The notes under the pieces are model-generated. The model was not told where the DNA came from. It made no database searches and saw only the letters and a list, made by a program, of their open reading frames with translations. A stretch of DNA of 64,000 nucleotides, from the NCBI GenBank assembly GCA_040954595.2, contig CM082576.2, positions 10,543,129-10,607,128 of the forward strand, written 5' to 3'. Numbering within the stretch: position 1 is the first letter of the stretch; each line of letters starts with the position of its first letter. Position numbers and translations under genes: made by a program. This stretch comes from Balanoglossus misakiensis. Its lineage: Eukaryota > Animalia > Hemichordata. Shown piece after piece: positions 26,843 through 41,057 of the stretch.

Positions 26843-26891
<49 letters not shown>

Positions 26892-26924
26892 AAGAAAGAT
26901 AGAGGTACTGACAGAGAGAGGGGG
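26811..26924. repeat. (GA)n microsatellite within a purine-rich tract
   Basis: Pure (AG)n at ~26845-26889 with purine-rich flanks. Confidence 0.95.
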
Positions 26925-29900
26925 CACTGGGATGTTTGAAGATGTTTTCATAGTACGTATCACTGTTTAAAGAAAAAATGGTCGATGCCTCCACATTCTT
27001 TACTACTTTATGGCGAGACGAACTGTTTCTGATATACGCACTGCGCGGTGTCACCCCTACCCCCGTGAAGGGACTGTAATCAACCGAAACAAAGGATCAA
27101 GTTAGACAGAATATCAAGAAAAAAGCTGGCGATATTTTCGCCACATTCCTGCGAGAGACTGACCGTTGTCTTGCAGTGGCCTCGCAATATTTGGATTGGC
27201 GGGCCGCCGCCTGTTTAACCTCCTCTTAACCAGTAAAATTGTTTTATAAGTCAACTGAGTTCGTAAAGAGAATCGGTTTTGCGTTACCACGGTAATGTCC
27301 TTCCCCAGCAAAATGCCGACCGTTACGGATGCGATCATCACAAGTAATCCGTGATTCAGTAAAGGACCCGGATCGCCGGAGTTACCGAACAAAGGATTGT
27401 GTTCATGCACAACTGTAAAAAAACGTTTTCTTTTTGTTATTGCCAAGATCACAAAAACAATGTATTCAAAAGAATGTTATCAACCACCAATCACCGATGC
27501 CCGCTAACAATGATATGCAACACTGACAATAGACTTTAGGTTCCCTTGCCGTGTCCAGAAATATTGTCAGCGGAGTGCAGATGTCTTTACAAACTAGAAT
27601 AGGGGTGACGCGAAGAAAGAACATATTTAATTCATATAGGCCTGATATTTCTACTAACCATTTAAAAATTCAGCATACGAATGCACTGAATATTCGCACA
27701 GTTCTGTACAAATATGAGTAAGGACGCTAACAAATGTGCCCTCGCAATATTCAAAATTAGCAAACAACATTTTAACATTTGGGTGATACAATTGGCACTT
27801 AAAAGTTCAACCAGTGCGCCGGAGTCCGTCACTATTGACGAGCACAAAATGAGCTATCGATCGATGACGTCATGGGCGCAAAGTTTGTCCACAATACAAT
27901 ACCCTGGCTGTTTTGGTAGCATTTTCTGTTCAGCGGGATGTATGGTTGCAAACATTTCAAAAAACAACGGATCAGGACCCCCAGACGACACTGTAGCACA
28001 ATAGCGTTTATTATTGTTCGTGGTTTTTGTTCACGCGAGCTGGCTGAGAATTACCGACAAGCAAATGCTTGCATGTTAAACGTTTTTTCTTTGTTTCGCT
28101 TAATTACGAACGCAAAATTTGTCTCTGTGTCGCGACCCGTATTACACCCGCTAAAAATTCATCACCAGAAACACTGTGCAGGAATGACTTTGCGGCACAG
28201 TCGGTACTCGGAGGGGGCAAGTATCAAGCTATAAACAGTCCTCCTCATACCGAATCTTTTCGCGGTGCATAAAGTAGGGGCACCAGTCTGTTCAGAGACG
28301 GTTGAGAGATCGTGATAATGGCAATGGTGGTGTCCGTTATTAGCACCCGACCTCTTCACAGCCCCCCCCCCCCGTAAGCATAAACGACTTATGCACATTG
28401 TTCAGGTAACTGAACTTAGCGTCACGGATTTCCCCATTGTCTGTTTCTACCAGTATTTCAAGTGACGCCGTTGCTAAGAATCGCCTCCTCATCCGGCCAA
28501 TGACATTCGAAGGTTTCAATGCACGGCGTCCGTTCCTTTGAAACGTACACTTTTTGGGGCGCTGTACTTATCAAGGTGTCACCGGATGATTCAAACTTGC
28601 TATGCAACTGTCGCCAAGGAGATTTTTCATAGCCAATGAAAATACACGGTATACACGGTGTTTGATACATCGAATATCCATTTTGTCATTTTTACAAATT
28701 GTAGGGTTTTGTGCCAGTAACTCATTAAATTTCCTGGATTTTTTTTAGAAAAGCGTGCTTTCCCGCATACTCCTAAATGGCTTGTATACTTCTGTCATAA
28801 AGATAGTGAATTCCATGTTTGTGGACATCCAGAAGATAATTAGATCATCCGTTCTTTGTGAGTAATTATTCTCATTGCCTCGGCGATGGGAAACATTGGA
28901 CATGGAATGTCCCAGCACATCATTGGTGGCGTCTTCCTGCTTGAAGTAAACAAAATGCCAACGGATCGATGCGCATTACCGCAAGTTTGTGTGATCATGG
29001 TCATAGGAATTAGTGATGGAGGGAGAGAGAGACAGAAAGAGATATAGAAAGTTAATCTAATCAAATACTGTTTGCACATTTTTGTTTTCTAGTAATTAAT
29101 TACGTTTGCTCGGTGGAAGCGACAAGTTGATTGTTCAAACATGCCCACGTGTCCTTTGTCTGTGTAACCATTTGACTACTCGTTAATTTCACCAATTTCG
29201 TTCGCGACTGTTTCATTCCCAGTGTACACGCGCATCTCTTGTAGTCACGATGTCGCTACTTGACATTCAGGCGGGCGCGACGTTCTCGTGTTGTTCAAAC
29301 AAGCAAAATGCGCGTGACGCGAGTCAATGAGCGCGAGCGGACGTGGAGGCATTATATCAGCACGCCCAGAAAGAAAGAAAAAAACGGAGGGGGGGGGGGA
29401 CGCAAACCAGAGCTCCAACTGCCTCGAATGCAAGCTTTCCACAACAATGACCTAAACCTCTGATATCACGCCCCCCGCCACTTGTCACGACAGCCCTGGG
29501 GGCAAGTTGCCTCGTTCGCAAGCATCTCCGACGCTTCGTGCGCGCCATGGCCAGCAGCATTTCAAGTGCATCTGAACCGAACCCAAAGTGCATTCATTGT
29601 CCCCAGCCACGACCGACAGCGTTTTGCGAAAATAGAGACTTTTCATTAATTTACCTGGGACCGACACATTTTTGTTATTCGGTTACATTTAGCACGGCGA
29701 CCGTAGTGATTGTTTTTAGCGTCCAAGCCCCACCTGTTGCTAATTTCTGCTGGCACCGTAAAATCCTGTCCTCAAACGACCGACGCGAAACCGTACACTT
29801 ATTTCTGAACTACACAACGCCCCAGTCATTCGGGGTTTAAACGGTTCACACAGTTACCGGTAGCTCACAGACTATATCGTTACGGTAGCCACATACAAAT

Positions 29901-30191
29901 ATCAGAATAAATCGTACCATTAATGGAGTATTAATGTGTTTGTTAGCGTGCCGTTATTTTAAAAATCCGCGCTCCTAATGTCCTTTATTTAAGCCCGTTT
30001 AACTTATTTTTCGCTATAGAATCTTAACATATGAAAATGCGGACGAATTTTAAAGGAGCAAGTTTCAAGCCCTTGTTTTCGCATTAGTTCTTGGTGAAGT
30101 GGAATGTTTATATGGTGAAAAGCCTTGGTTCTATATGAAATATTTATCAAGTTTATTCACTTTCTCCGAGATAAAGCTGGACAATAAAGAA

Positions 30192-30505
30192 GGTAGTGCA
30201 TATGTTGGTCTACACGCTTCGAAAATCATATTTTGCTGAAGGATACTTTAGGTTATTTTGTCTTAAAACTGGGAATAAAAATTAGGAGTCACCGTGCAAA
30301 ATTTTGAATGATTTAGAGAAGTTGACTCAAATTTGAAGTTCAATATGGCCGCCAATCTCGGTGTTACTGTATGGAGAGAAAAAGTAAGTTAGTGATTTTT
30401 ATGAAAACAAGATGGCGAACACCAGTTGTCTAGTGTGGCAAAAAATAAAAGGTTTGGATGACTATCATTTTTTCCTGAAATTTCTGTCTCCAGGCGCGTA
30501 TCACC
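30192..30505. mobile_element. Degenerate TTAA-type MITE, related to the 10279 fragment
   Basis: Right end gcgcgtatcacc-TTAA; left end ggtagtgca. Internal gagtcaccgtgc and atttgaagttcaatatggccgccaatc are shared with 10279-10440. Confidence 0.55.
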
Positions 30506-32058
30506 TTAACACCACTTGTTGGCATGTATGCAGTTCGATACGCACAGACTTGCCAATCACTTATATTAACTTAGTCAAAAATACCCCATTCCCGAAGGCC
30601 ATCCATCTATCCATCCATCCGTTCATTTAATTAATTTGTTTCTCATTTACAAAATAGCTTATAATCCCGGATTAATCACATGCTTTGTGACGAGAATGTA
30701 AACCCTGCAAATGTAGACTGCACGGTCGTTAATGATGTTTATTAGATTTGACTGCCATTAATTTTTGGAAAATATGTTTCCCACAACAGCTCTTTTTATA
30801 GATAGTCTGGTCATTACCGTGGGCGGGAAAATGGAATCCGCGTTGATTGTAATGCGAGAGGACTTTTTGGAGATTTTTTTACAGCAACTTCAATGGTTCG
30901 TGCAGCCATGTGTAGTGCCCGTTTGGTGCCTGCAAAATTTACGATTCTGTCCTGTCGTCGAAAGGATGCTGTCCTTTTTGCCCTGGTGGAGGCTAGATTT
31001 CTTCTAAACACGGTTTGTGATTTGAAAGAAAACGAACCCCTTATTTTTCGTTCTTTATCATTGATTGCGCGCGTTTTTGAGAACTCGGTGTTGCGAACTC
31101 TTGAACGTTGGCTGTATTATCGGCAACGCGATCTTACAAAAGCACGCAACGTATATACATATACATGTACGTCACGTTGTGAAGAAAGAACAAAAAAAGC
31201 AAAAAAAAAACGTGTGGACAAATCGCATTGAATGGACAAGGGGGTCGCGACAAGACAGAAATAACCCGAACACAAGCGCTCCGCGACACACGTGTTTTCA
31301 CGTCTTTTCTCTTCCGTAGCGCCATCTGAATCATTGTTGGGAATAAACACGAGATTTAATGGGCAACAGACGGCCGATCATTGATGGTATCACACCTCAC
31401 TGCGTGCTAAGCGCGCTATTGTGCCGCTATAAGGTGATAAGCTTGGGACAATATTATGATGAACATAATTTATATGACGTGCTGGCCTCCTGACCGTGTT
31501 TCTAAATTAAGGTTGAGATTAGCGCCGTGACAGTCGTCTTTGACGGCCGCTGTTCTCCCGGGCACGCGCCACCTGCAGTACAAATTCTTTATCCCCAATA
31601 AATTAAATAATTGTGCAAAGGATAACAACGCCACTATAAATAGAAATGAAGCTTTTGATTGAAAAATCGATGCGTAGAACGTGTCACTTGTTATTTTTAT
31701 CTGCTGGGATTTTTTTCTCGCAAAACGATGTTGGCAGACGTTTATCTGGTGATCCAGATATTAGTGGCCGATGTCAGAGTTGTCAGGAGCAATACGGGTT
31801 TATGGTAGAGACCCAAAGGACCTTATTCTTACAAGATCTTGTTATTTTTTCCCATCATACCATGAGCTTATATGGGGGCAGCATGTGTCTCTGACTGAAG
31901 ATAACCCCGAGTTCGTCATCTTCTGTCAAGGATTACTGCTCAAATAGCAGAATGTAACATCATGCTGGTTAATCCGTAGTGTGTCTTTCCGATAGCAGTT
32001 AAAATGGGCGTTCGTTCCAGAATCATATGTATGTAGTGCACGGACGGGTGGACGGACG

Positions 32059-32232
<174 letters not shown>

Positions 32233-33624
32233 GTCATACCATCCTATAATTTTAATACATATACAAGCTTAGTTTAAGAAAAAAAGTTTAACTTTTTTGG
32301 TGAAAACATGTCAAAGCACATTATTTTTTGCCCCTTTGCAGCCATGCACGCTATGTCGTTCAGAAATCAAATGTACAGAACATAAATGATACAGATCTAA
32401 CAGTACATTTTTTTTAAATTTCGTTCTTTCCTGTGTTATCCGGAAGGGCCTTTATAAAATCGCGAGGCTTCCATTGGCGTGGGTCTTGAGCGACTTCTTT
32501 CCTCGTTATCAAAGGTTCTCGAATGAATGTGTGCTTCTCAACGTCATTTCCACGTGACCCGTGAGAATTTAGCGGGCAAAGGCAACGCGGCAAACTCACT
32601 CCGTCTTCAAGGACTGTCACGTGATCTTGTTTATCGACGCGCGAGTACCAGCGACATGAATTATTCACGTCCGTAATTTTCATCATTTTATGAGAAATTG
32701 TTATTTTTTGCACAGCCTTGACATTCACTGCACCCATTCTTGTAATGAAACAGGATATCTCCTCTCTACTACCGTGCAGTCCGCTTCACAGTTCAGTGAT
32801 TTGTTTCCGAGAATTGGGGGATAAAATTATAATTATGGAATCGCGTATGTGATCGCGAGCGAAAGAAGAGCGCCATTATTATTATTGGGTGGGGGGCAAA
32901 CGGCGGATTTATGTTTCTGTCTTGTGAGGTAAAGAATTTCAGAACGTCGAGGCCCGGGTTTGGCAGAGGTATCTGGTCCTATTAAACGCAGAGAACAACG
33001 GAAAGTGTCAATTCCACCCATCCCACGGGACCTGTTGAATACCACACAGGAATGACTCCACTGCCCCAGAAGGGCACACAGTGGCCGACATAGTTGCCAA
33101 TCTACGCATGAACTCGCGGTCATTGCCAATGCTGTTATCAATATAAAAGCATACTGTGCGTAAGTTCAATCTTTCAGTGTATATCGCTTGCCACACATTC
33201 ATCCCAGGACGGGGAGATGGTGATACATTGATATTTCAAACACACGGCTCATTCTTTGACCACGTGATACATTTACCAGAATGCAAGCCACAGAACGATT
33301 TACAGTGCCACCTCGATATAGAACTATAATAAATACGACCGTTTAAAACCATACGGCGCAAAATAAAAAATGAGCGCCGGGATTTTCAGATTATCGCCTT
33401 TACAAAAAAATGTGTCGACGAGGCTGCTCTCAGAAAAAAAAATCAATTTGTTGCAAAATCAACACTCGACAAATGAGATCAATATTTGTACTGTGTGCAG
33501 AGGTTTAAGTTGTAACGCGGGATGCGTCACTCAAAGAAATGAACATCTCAATCATCCGAGTGACCTCCATTATCAACACGAAGAAATCTACCCCTTCCCA
33601 TCCACCGCGAAATGGCACTCTTAA

Positions 33625-33961
33625 GGGGACAAAGTCGCTGACTTTTGGCATTATTCTGGTTATTTTAGATTCTGTTGGTATGTTTTATGTTGTTCTACTC
33701 ACTGAAACATGTTCAGTAACCGGTTGCCGCGACTCAGGTCAAAACCTATACACGGACATTAAACATGAATACTTCAATCATTTAATTTTTGGTCAGTACC
33801 AAAATTTACTAGTATAATGCCATGGCGGGCGTATTCTCGTGTTATAATTATGTACAGGATATGAACTGAGTTGTGACAATTAGTGAATAGTTTAACATAA
33901 TCAGCTGCATCAGTCGAAACTAAAATAACCAAAATAATATCAGTAGCTATCGACTGTTCCT
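33625..33961. mobile_element. MITE with TTAA TSD, Kolobok-like
   Basis: TTAA GGGGACAAAGTCG ... CGACTGTTCCT TTAA (imperfect TIR). 19-bp subterminal inverted repeat attattctggttattttag / ctaaaataaccaaaataat with 1 mismatch. Confidence 0.7.
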
Positions 33962-36042
33962 TTAACCCACATTCACGCCACTTTGCAGTTAGACAGGCAG
34001 AGATAAGAATTTATTGCCGTCACAGTTTTGATAAATCAACCTCGACAAATATTGCTTGATCAACAGGTGGGTGCAGAATTTATATTTTAAGTCTTTCGGT
34101 CTACCTAACAAATCAATCACGTATAGCTAACACGTATATGATACACTATCTGGAGCCAAGGGTATTCTAATTTTCGCTTTCAAAGTGAAATGACTCTACG
34201 CGAAGGAAGACCGAACGGACCGTCCCTTTCGGTGACTGGCAGACTTTTCGCTGAAGCCGAAAAACCACCAAGTTATTTTATCTATCCACGTCAAGTGAGA
34301 ACATATGCCTTTTTAATGGCAGTTAGCGGCGGATTACTGGAGTTAATAAACTGTTTGCTGTCTATGAATATCATCGATTACACGGGGCAATTCAATATTT
34401 GACTTCGTTGGAACCAGCCACTGGTTCGACTGTTTGACTACTCGTTCTATCCCCCCCCCCTCCGACACGGTGCAATCTGTATCACTGTAACAGCCTGCGC
34501 CATGCGACAGCCAGCAAAAAATAGCACATATTTTTTTTTATTTCCATCCATTAGAAGATTGAATGCTTGCAGAGGTGTTGCATTGTGGGTAAATCGTGTC
34601 TCATAGAATGTGTTTCCATGGTTCTGTGACTCCACCGAGGTCCATATTTCGCCTCCGAGGAAAATAACATCTCTGTCCAATCGGTTTGAATCATAACTCA
34701 TATGAGCCACGACTGCTGGTTGCGTTGAACTTGATAACGTATTTCCCCGTAAATATTTTTTTTATTTCCCTTTCTGGTTCAAATTTGCAATCCATATACC
34801 AGTATTATTGATGGATGAATTGATGGCTGATTGATGGATGGTTTGACCATACATACTTGAATATATGTATAGGTATGGTATAACTGTATTGATTGGCGGG
34901 GTCTTACTGGACTTAGGGAACAGTGCCCACTGCTTGTTTATAAACAGAAAAGTCGCACGCGCAGCTCGAAGACCCCATCCCTTTAATATCCTTGACATCC
35001 TTGGATCGCCTCGGAGAGCAGCGACTCTCAGCGGTGCCGTGTCTCCGGGAGGCCGTTTACTTGTTGAACAAGACCCCGAGTCTGTCGCTTAACGGTTCGG
35101 AGATGACACGCCAAGTGTATGCTAAACGGAGTCTTGCCGAACGACAGAAGAATGCGGATGAACGGAACTGCCTCCCTGGACGCGGAGGAGGGGCGCGGGC
35201 TGCCATGACTGGTGACAGTGGACGCAGGGAGCTGTCACAAACGAAGCGCATCCTCTGACCCCGCGCTTCAGAAATGTCAACATCTCCCCGCCGGATGCCC
35301 TCGAAAACCGTGTCTGTCTATACATGGATGAAGGCTCGGCGCTTGTGCGCCGCGGCACGAAATGCCCGAGGAAAAGACTTCCTGACGAATACTCTCTTGC
35401 ACGATGGAACATTCTCCATTGAGTGAGTCAAAGAGAAGGAAAATGTTTCAGTGAACACCGGAGCACTCCTATAAAGTTTATTTTTTAAAAGCCGGACATA
35501 TTCGGAAGCTGCAGGCACAGAATGCGCCGCGCATTACTCTACCCAATCAGGATTTCTTCAAAATCGCGTGATTGCGATCGATACTTGTTTAATATAATCT
35601 CTCGTTTAATGCTAATTGCCATTATTAGCGTGTAATAATTACTAGATTAAAAACTGCACGGCGTATTACGAGGAGGCAATACTGCAAACATGTTGGAAGT
35701 ACTTCTCTGTTGCCACCGTCGGAGAAATACAATTTTGCGATGATCCTCAAACCGCATCGATATCGAAGCTAATCGTCTGACGCAGAGACTTATGTTGTAA
35801 ATGTTCAAAATGTAAATCGTTTGTGTTATCGTGCATTTTAATTGAATCACAAATTTACATGAGTGCAAAATGGAGGTGTTTCAACGTTTTCTGCTTTACC
35901 CCTTTGTTTTTCCCCCGGACCGGTCACCCCCCCTCCCCGGAGTTGTCGAAACGTTGTTATTGCCAAGGACAAGCAAACAAGTGTGTGGTTCCGTTAACAC
36001 GCTTTTCAGAAATCGGTATTTAGGGTTTACATCCTGGATTGT

Positions 36043-36076
36043 TGAACATTATGATGCGTGAACATTATGATGCGTG
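36043..36076. repeat. 16-bp tandem duplication
   Basis: tgaacattatgatgcg x2 plus tg. Confidence 0.9.
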
Positions 36077-38089
36077 TCTTGAAGGCATCAGTGTGATACA
36101 TTTCCTTCACAACAACTGATAAGTCGATGACGTCACTGTAATACTAGTACACCCCCACACACTCTCTCTAGATCTCGCTGGGTTCTGCGACGTCAAATAT
36201 TTTTCGCTCTATTTCTTTCTAACATACGAGAATAAGTCGCTCGTAATTCGTGTGTACGAATTTCATCGAGGTAACCTTCTCCATTTAATGTTTGGAATAT
36301 GCCACTATTGGCATAGCGTCAGTTCAACTGATACCATGAAATGTATATGCATACCATTTTCATACGTAAACATAATATATATAAATATTTAATAGCTAAA
36401 TTACAATACACGTAAATGATACACACATATTAAATAATACATTGTGACATGTTAAATACGAGGCCTATAACTGTCATGCACCAAATTAACCTGAATGCCA
36501 TCTTGCACGAAAAACGTACACTTGATATGTGTCAGTATGCGTCATTGTAATACGGAAGTGCAAAGTATCGTGAGCTTAATGTCATGTAGGTAATATAGCA
36601 CGACATGTAAAAAACGTCATGTTTTCCCCCCATTTCGTGTCATCTTGGCAGTAACGACACGGGCGATGGCGCTTGACTTCCACACGTCACGTATGTCTGT
36701 ATACACTTGAGTCATTTCCCATTATGCGTCACGTGGGCCAAAAGCAGGTCCGAAATAATACGAACCGGCTCAATATTTATCGCATTTACATGGGTTTTAT
36801 GTTGTATGGCTGGCTGGCTGGCTTTGTTTAGATTCTTGCAGCGCATGGAACGTGCGAGTGTATGAAATGGAAGCAAAAAAAGCGAACTCCAATAGCTAAA
36901 CGCTATTGATTGTCAATAGACATCGGCGTTTAAATATTGATGGGAACGTTTTCACCACACAGCCTTTGTCGGATACAGGTGGCAGATCTAAGGGTGTAAT
37001 TAAATAAAATCAAAACCGCCGCCCCAAGATCGCCCTTCAGTACAGTGGCAGCTGCCAGTCAGCTACTAAAGTGGCTCGGTGACAAAAAAAACACAAGTAT
37101 CAAAACGCTCTCGATACAAACTCTTATGTTTAATTTAACTGACCGCAGAGCTGTCCACCGTATCTGTTTTGAAAGACCTCATATATATACTCACTAACAT
37201 CGAACGCTGCTTAAGTTTTAGGCCAAGCGATCCTCATCACCGAGCTAGAGTGTAATGATGCGATAGGCATGCACTGGGTGGCAAATACATTTTCGTCCGT
37301 AAGCTGTAAGTTATTCCGCGGGCAAATACGTTGTTTTATGAATTGCGGCAAACGAAAACGAAAAATTGACAATTATCAGCGAGTAAAAGTGAAATGTTCT
37401 GGCAATTTGATGTTTGTGTAAGACGTATACTCGAGGGCACTTTTATACTCGGTCTGTGACACACGTTCGTTGTCGCGGCTGCGCCGACGAGGTGTTACTA
37501 ACTGTACAGTTTCTCGGATGAAGCAAGAATGTCAACTGACAGGAAGCAGAAGGCCAGACGATCGACGCCATATTGATCGACAGGTGAATCAACAAGTTAG
37601 CGCTGCCTGTAGCCCCCGAATGCCTAATGTCTGACTGATACTGGCTTGGCACGTGACGGGAAAATATACGCACATCGAAACTCGTCTAAAATGCTTGGCG
37701 TGCGTATGCGCGTGTCTGTATGCGAGTATAATTGTTCCCAAGTGCCGCGTGAGATGGGTGCGCGTGGCGGGCGCGATTTTTCGTACTGTCATTCCATTTC
37801 TGTGAAATATACACGGAAACCAATCCGTTTTCTATATTTTCGTTCGTGAGCGCCTGCAACACCGGGCGCGGTGGGCACGAAATTATGATTTATACTACAA
37901 TCTCATCCGGTTCCAAATTTATGGAGAATTTAATCGTAATAATCGTAATACTCCTGCAGTTTATTGCTGTTTGCTTAGAACTTTTCATTCCGTGTTTGAC
38001 AAGAGCACGCTGTTATGATTGCTTCTGTGTGACTCCCCCTTCCCACTTCGAAGCATATAGCAAGTGAATTCGATTGAAATGACTTTTAA

Positions 38090-38501
38090 GGATGTACGCG
38101 CAGAACATAAACCGGAAGCAGTGCGCGCCCGGTCTTTTTCCCATAGGATTACATTGAAAATTGCTAGAAAACAAACTTCTACTATTGTCATTTTCACGAA
38201 ATTTTACACATAGCTCAGTCCAGCAAATATAAATTCATTGGTCAAATAAAATATAGGGGTCACCGCGCTCTATTTTGAGATAAACTGCGTCAAAAATTTT
38301 GCCCATAGACAAACCATTGGTGAAAAATGCTGAGTCAGCAGTTTTCTTCTATTATCGACTAAATTCATGGCTCTGTATTTCAAAAACAAGCGCGGTGACC
38401 CATATATTTTATTACGGATTTTCATTATACATACAAAGGAGAATCCAAAAATCCACAATTAAAAAAATGACAATACTTTCAATTTTACTGAACGTACATC
38501 C
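38090..38501. mobile_element. Non-autonomous DNA transposon (MITE) with TTAA TSD, Kolobok-like
   Basis: TTAA (38086-38089) GGATGTACG ... CGTACATCC TTAA (38502-38505). Internal inverted repeats atataggggtcaccgcgc / gcgcggtgacccatatat and attgtcatttt / aaaatgacaat. RR..YY termini plus TTAA fit Kolobok. Confidence 0.8.
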
Positions 38502-40959
38502 TTAACCCATAAAAGCAGATACGCAGACAGACAGACGAGCAAAAAGACAAACAAATAAACATGGATGTTCAGTACCGGCATACATGCTACAGTTTTTTTT
38601 TTCATTGCGCACCGGACAAAACAACTGAGACAATTCTACCTTCAACGCTGGGTATTACAGTCCACAGTCCCTCACGGAAACTGCCAAACTAGCGCGCAGG
38701 GTATGGTTACTTTACGTCCGCTTGAATCACGCCATAATGGTAAATATTTGGACTCCTCGCCACAGCCATTTGCCCGGTTTTACGGCGAGCAAATTTTCCC
38801 CGCGAGCGCGTAAGTGGAACCGCACCATTTCCGGCCGCCCACACTAACTATTTGACTGCACGCTCTTAGGTTTGCTTCTGAAGAAAACAAATACCATGTA
38901 CTTAAATATTGGGCATTAATTTCAGTATAAAAGGAGGGTAGTAGTACAAAAAAGAATATGTACATCATTTTATTTGATAGAAATGCGAAAAAAAAATATT
39001 TTGAAATGACCACTGCGGCAGCATAACGTGCACGTGGAAAATTGGACCTGAACTGCAATTTAGAGGTGTTAGGTTTTTTTCAACAAGCGAGCAAAAAATA
39101 TTTTCATTGACCGATCGAGTCGAGTAAAGCTTATCTAGCCAAATATTAATATGATTCGAGTCAGTATTTCTTTTCAGTCAAATATCCGACACCCAACATG
39201 GTCTGATCAACAATACGCACGTATAGCGTATGTTAAAAGCCAAGGAATGTTGAGTGTAGACGAATATTTGATTGAAATGTTGATTGAATAGTCCGCGTGA
39301 TGAAAAGTATAGACGCGCGTGAAGTCCCCTAGAAATCGACGGTGGACGCGCACGCGCTCGTGCAACTCCTGGTGTAAACACAGCGGCCGAGCCGTGCGCA
39401 CCGCGGAAAATGGTTAATTTCAGAGATGGCGTTTTTGGGGGGGTTATTGAAAGACTTCATACTGTTGGTTTATTGCCCGTTTAATATTTGACAGCTAGAG
39501 GCTGAATGGCGAATTCAAAGACGCTCCGAGTCTGTCACCCGAGCTAGGTTCCCGTTGCAGCTGCCCCTATTTGTACGCCGTCGCTATTGTTCGCCTTTTA
39601 GAGTACTGCAGTATATGATTTTCATGCGGCCATTGAGTCGCAGCGGACCCATTCAACCCCGGCTCGCGGGTATTTGCGCATGGATATCACTCCCTATACA
39701 TCTTTGAGCTTTGATATTGCCAGGCCAACTACTGCAGGTGTCGACTTTTTTTTCTGAAACTAGAATGCATCGTTGTGCTGCATGGTTTAATATGTGGACG
39801 GGCTGAGATAATGATCGCCGGCGACCGAATTTACAGCGACGCGCGTGGTGCGGCCGGCGATGCCGTGTACGCCGTATGCAAAAGTTAGTGAGCACGAAAC
39901 TTGCTGTCGTTTGTATCTTATATGTGGTTAGAATGAAAATGAATGTATGGGGGAGAAAATAACTGAGGTAGTTATGTAAACCATGAAATAACCCCGGCCG
40001 GTGCTAATTTCTTGCATCTGATAATAGCGCCTCACGAGGCTATACTTTCTGGGCTTCGTGGTGACATTGGCAGCGATGTTAAAAACGGATGAAGTGACCA
40101 CACCTAGCAGTTTTCCCGTTTTCGTTGTCCATCGTTGATGAACGCATGGCAACGGGGCGTAAGATGTGTGTTTTCCTTCAGCTCAGTGGAGCATGGCCGC
40201 CGAGAAGAAGCCTGTGAACGGTCGCTCCTTAGCGATATATATTAGTATATATATAGCGAGTAAAACTAGACCTTGCCCTGAAGGGAAAGACAGTTACACA
40301 AGGCAATCAGGTATACCAATCAAGGTGTAATTTTCTTTTTTTACGAAAATTACCCCCAAATTGTCATTTTTGTCCCGGGGAGCCGGTCCTTGTTAGATCG
40401 ACCACTTGTCAGAAGTAAACATTCGTTGAAACCCTGTCTTCCAGGAGTTCTTCGGTTTCAACGGTTTGCTTAGTTGGATCTAGGATTGGCCAAAGAAACG
40501 GCAGTACAATATCGAGGGTTTTTTTTTCCTGGTTGGAGTCAACATGATATAACTCAATAAGAAAAATAGTCAGTCTCGATTACGATGAATTTTGCCTTTG
40601 ACTTGCAAATTGTACACAGGAAACTTGACTCCGCCCAGTAATGAAAAGGAACGATTACTATATCCGCTCCGCTGTGCTGGTAATCATTATTGCAAGTAAC
40701 AGGCGAAATATTACAAATATCGGAATGGAGGTCGTCGTAAATGCAGTAGCTCAAACATAATGAGAATATCCATGCAGGAAGAGATGTCAAGGTATGGGCA
40801 CGCACTTCTTGTGTTTGTGCTGTGAATACGCGGATGGTTATTAATGTTAAATCAGCGGCGCCTTCCATTGGTCGATCGGTGACCAATGGCGGCGTTGCTT
40901 GAATACCAGATGAACCGCGTGTCGACACATGTTGGATTTCAGAGTCACTAAATTTAAAA

Positions 40960-41057
40960 ATGGATGGATGGATGGATGGATGGATGGATGGTTGGGTGGT
41001 TGGATGGATGGATGGATGGATGGATGGATGGAGAGATGAATAAACGAACGAACGAAC
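40960..41057. repeat. (GGAT)n followed by (GAAC)n microsatellite
   Basis: Directly visible. Confidence 0.95.

Noticed and set aside
40230-40259. tagcga-(TA-rich palindrome)-tagcga possible footprint
   Set aside because: Low-complexity core, only a 6-bp flank and no CA..TG ends.
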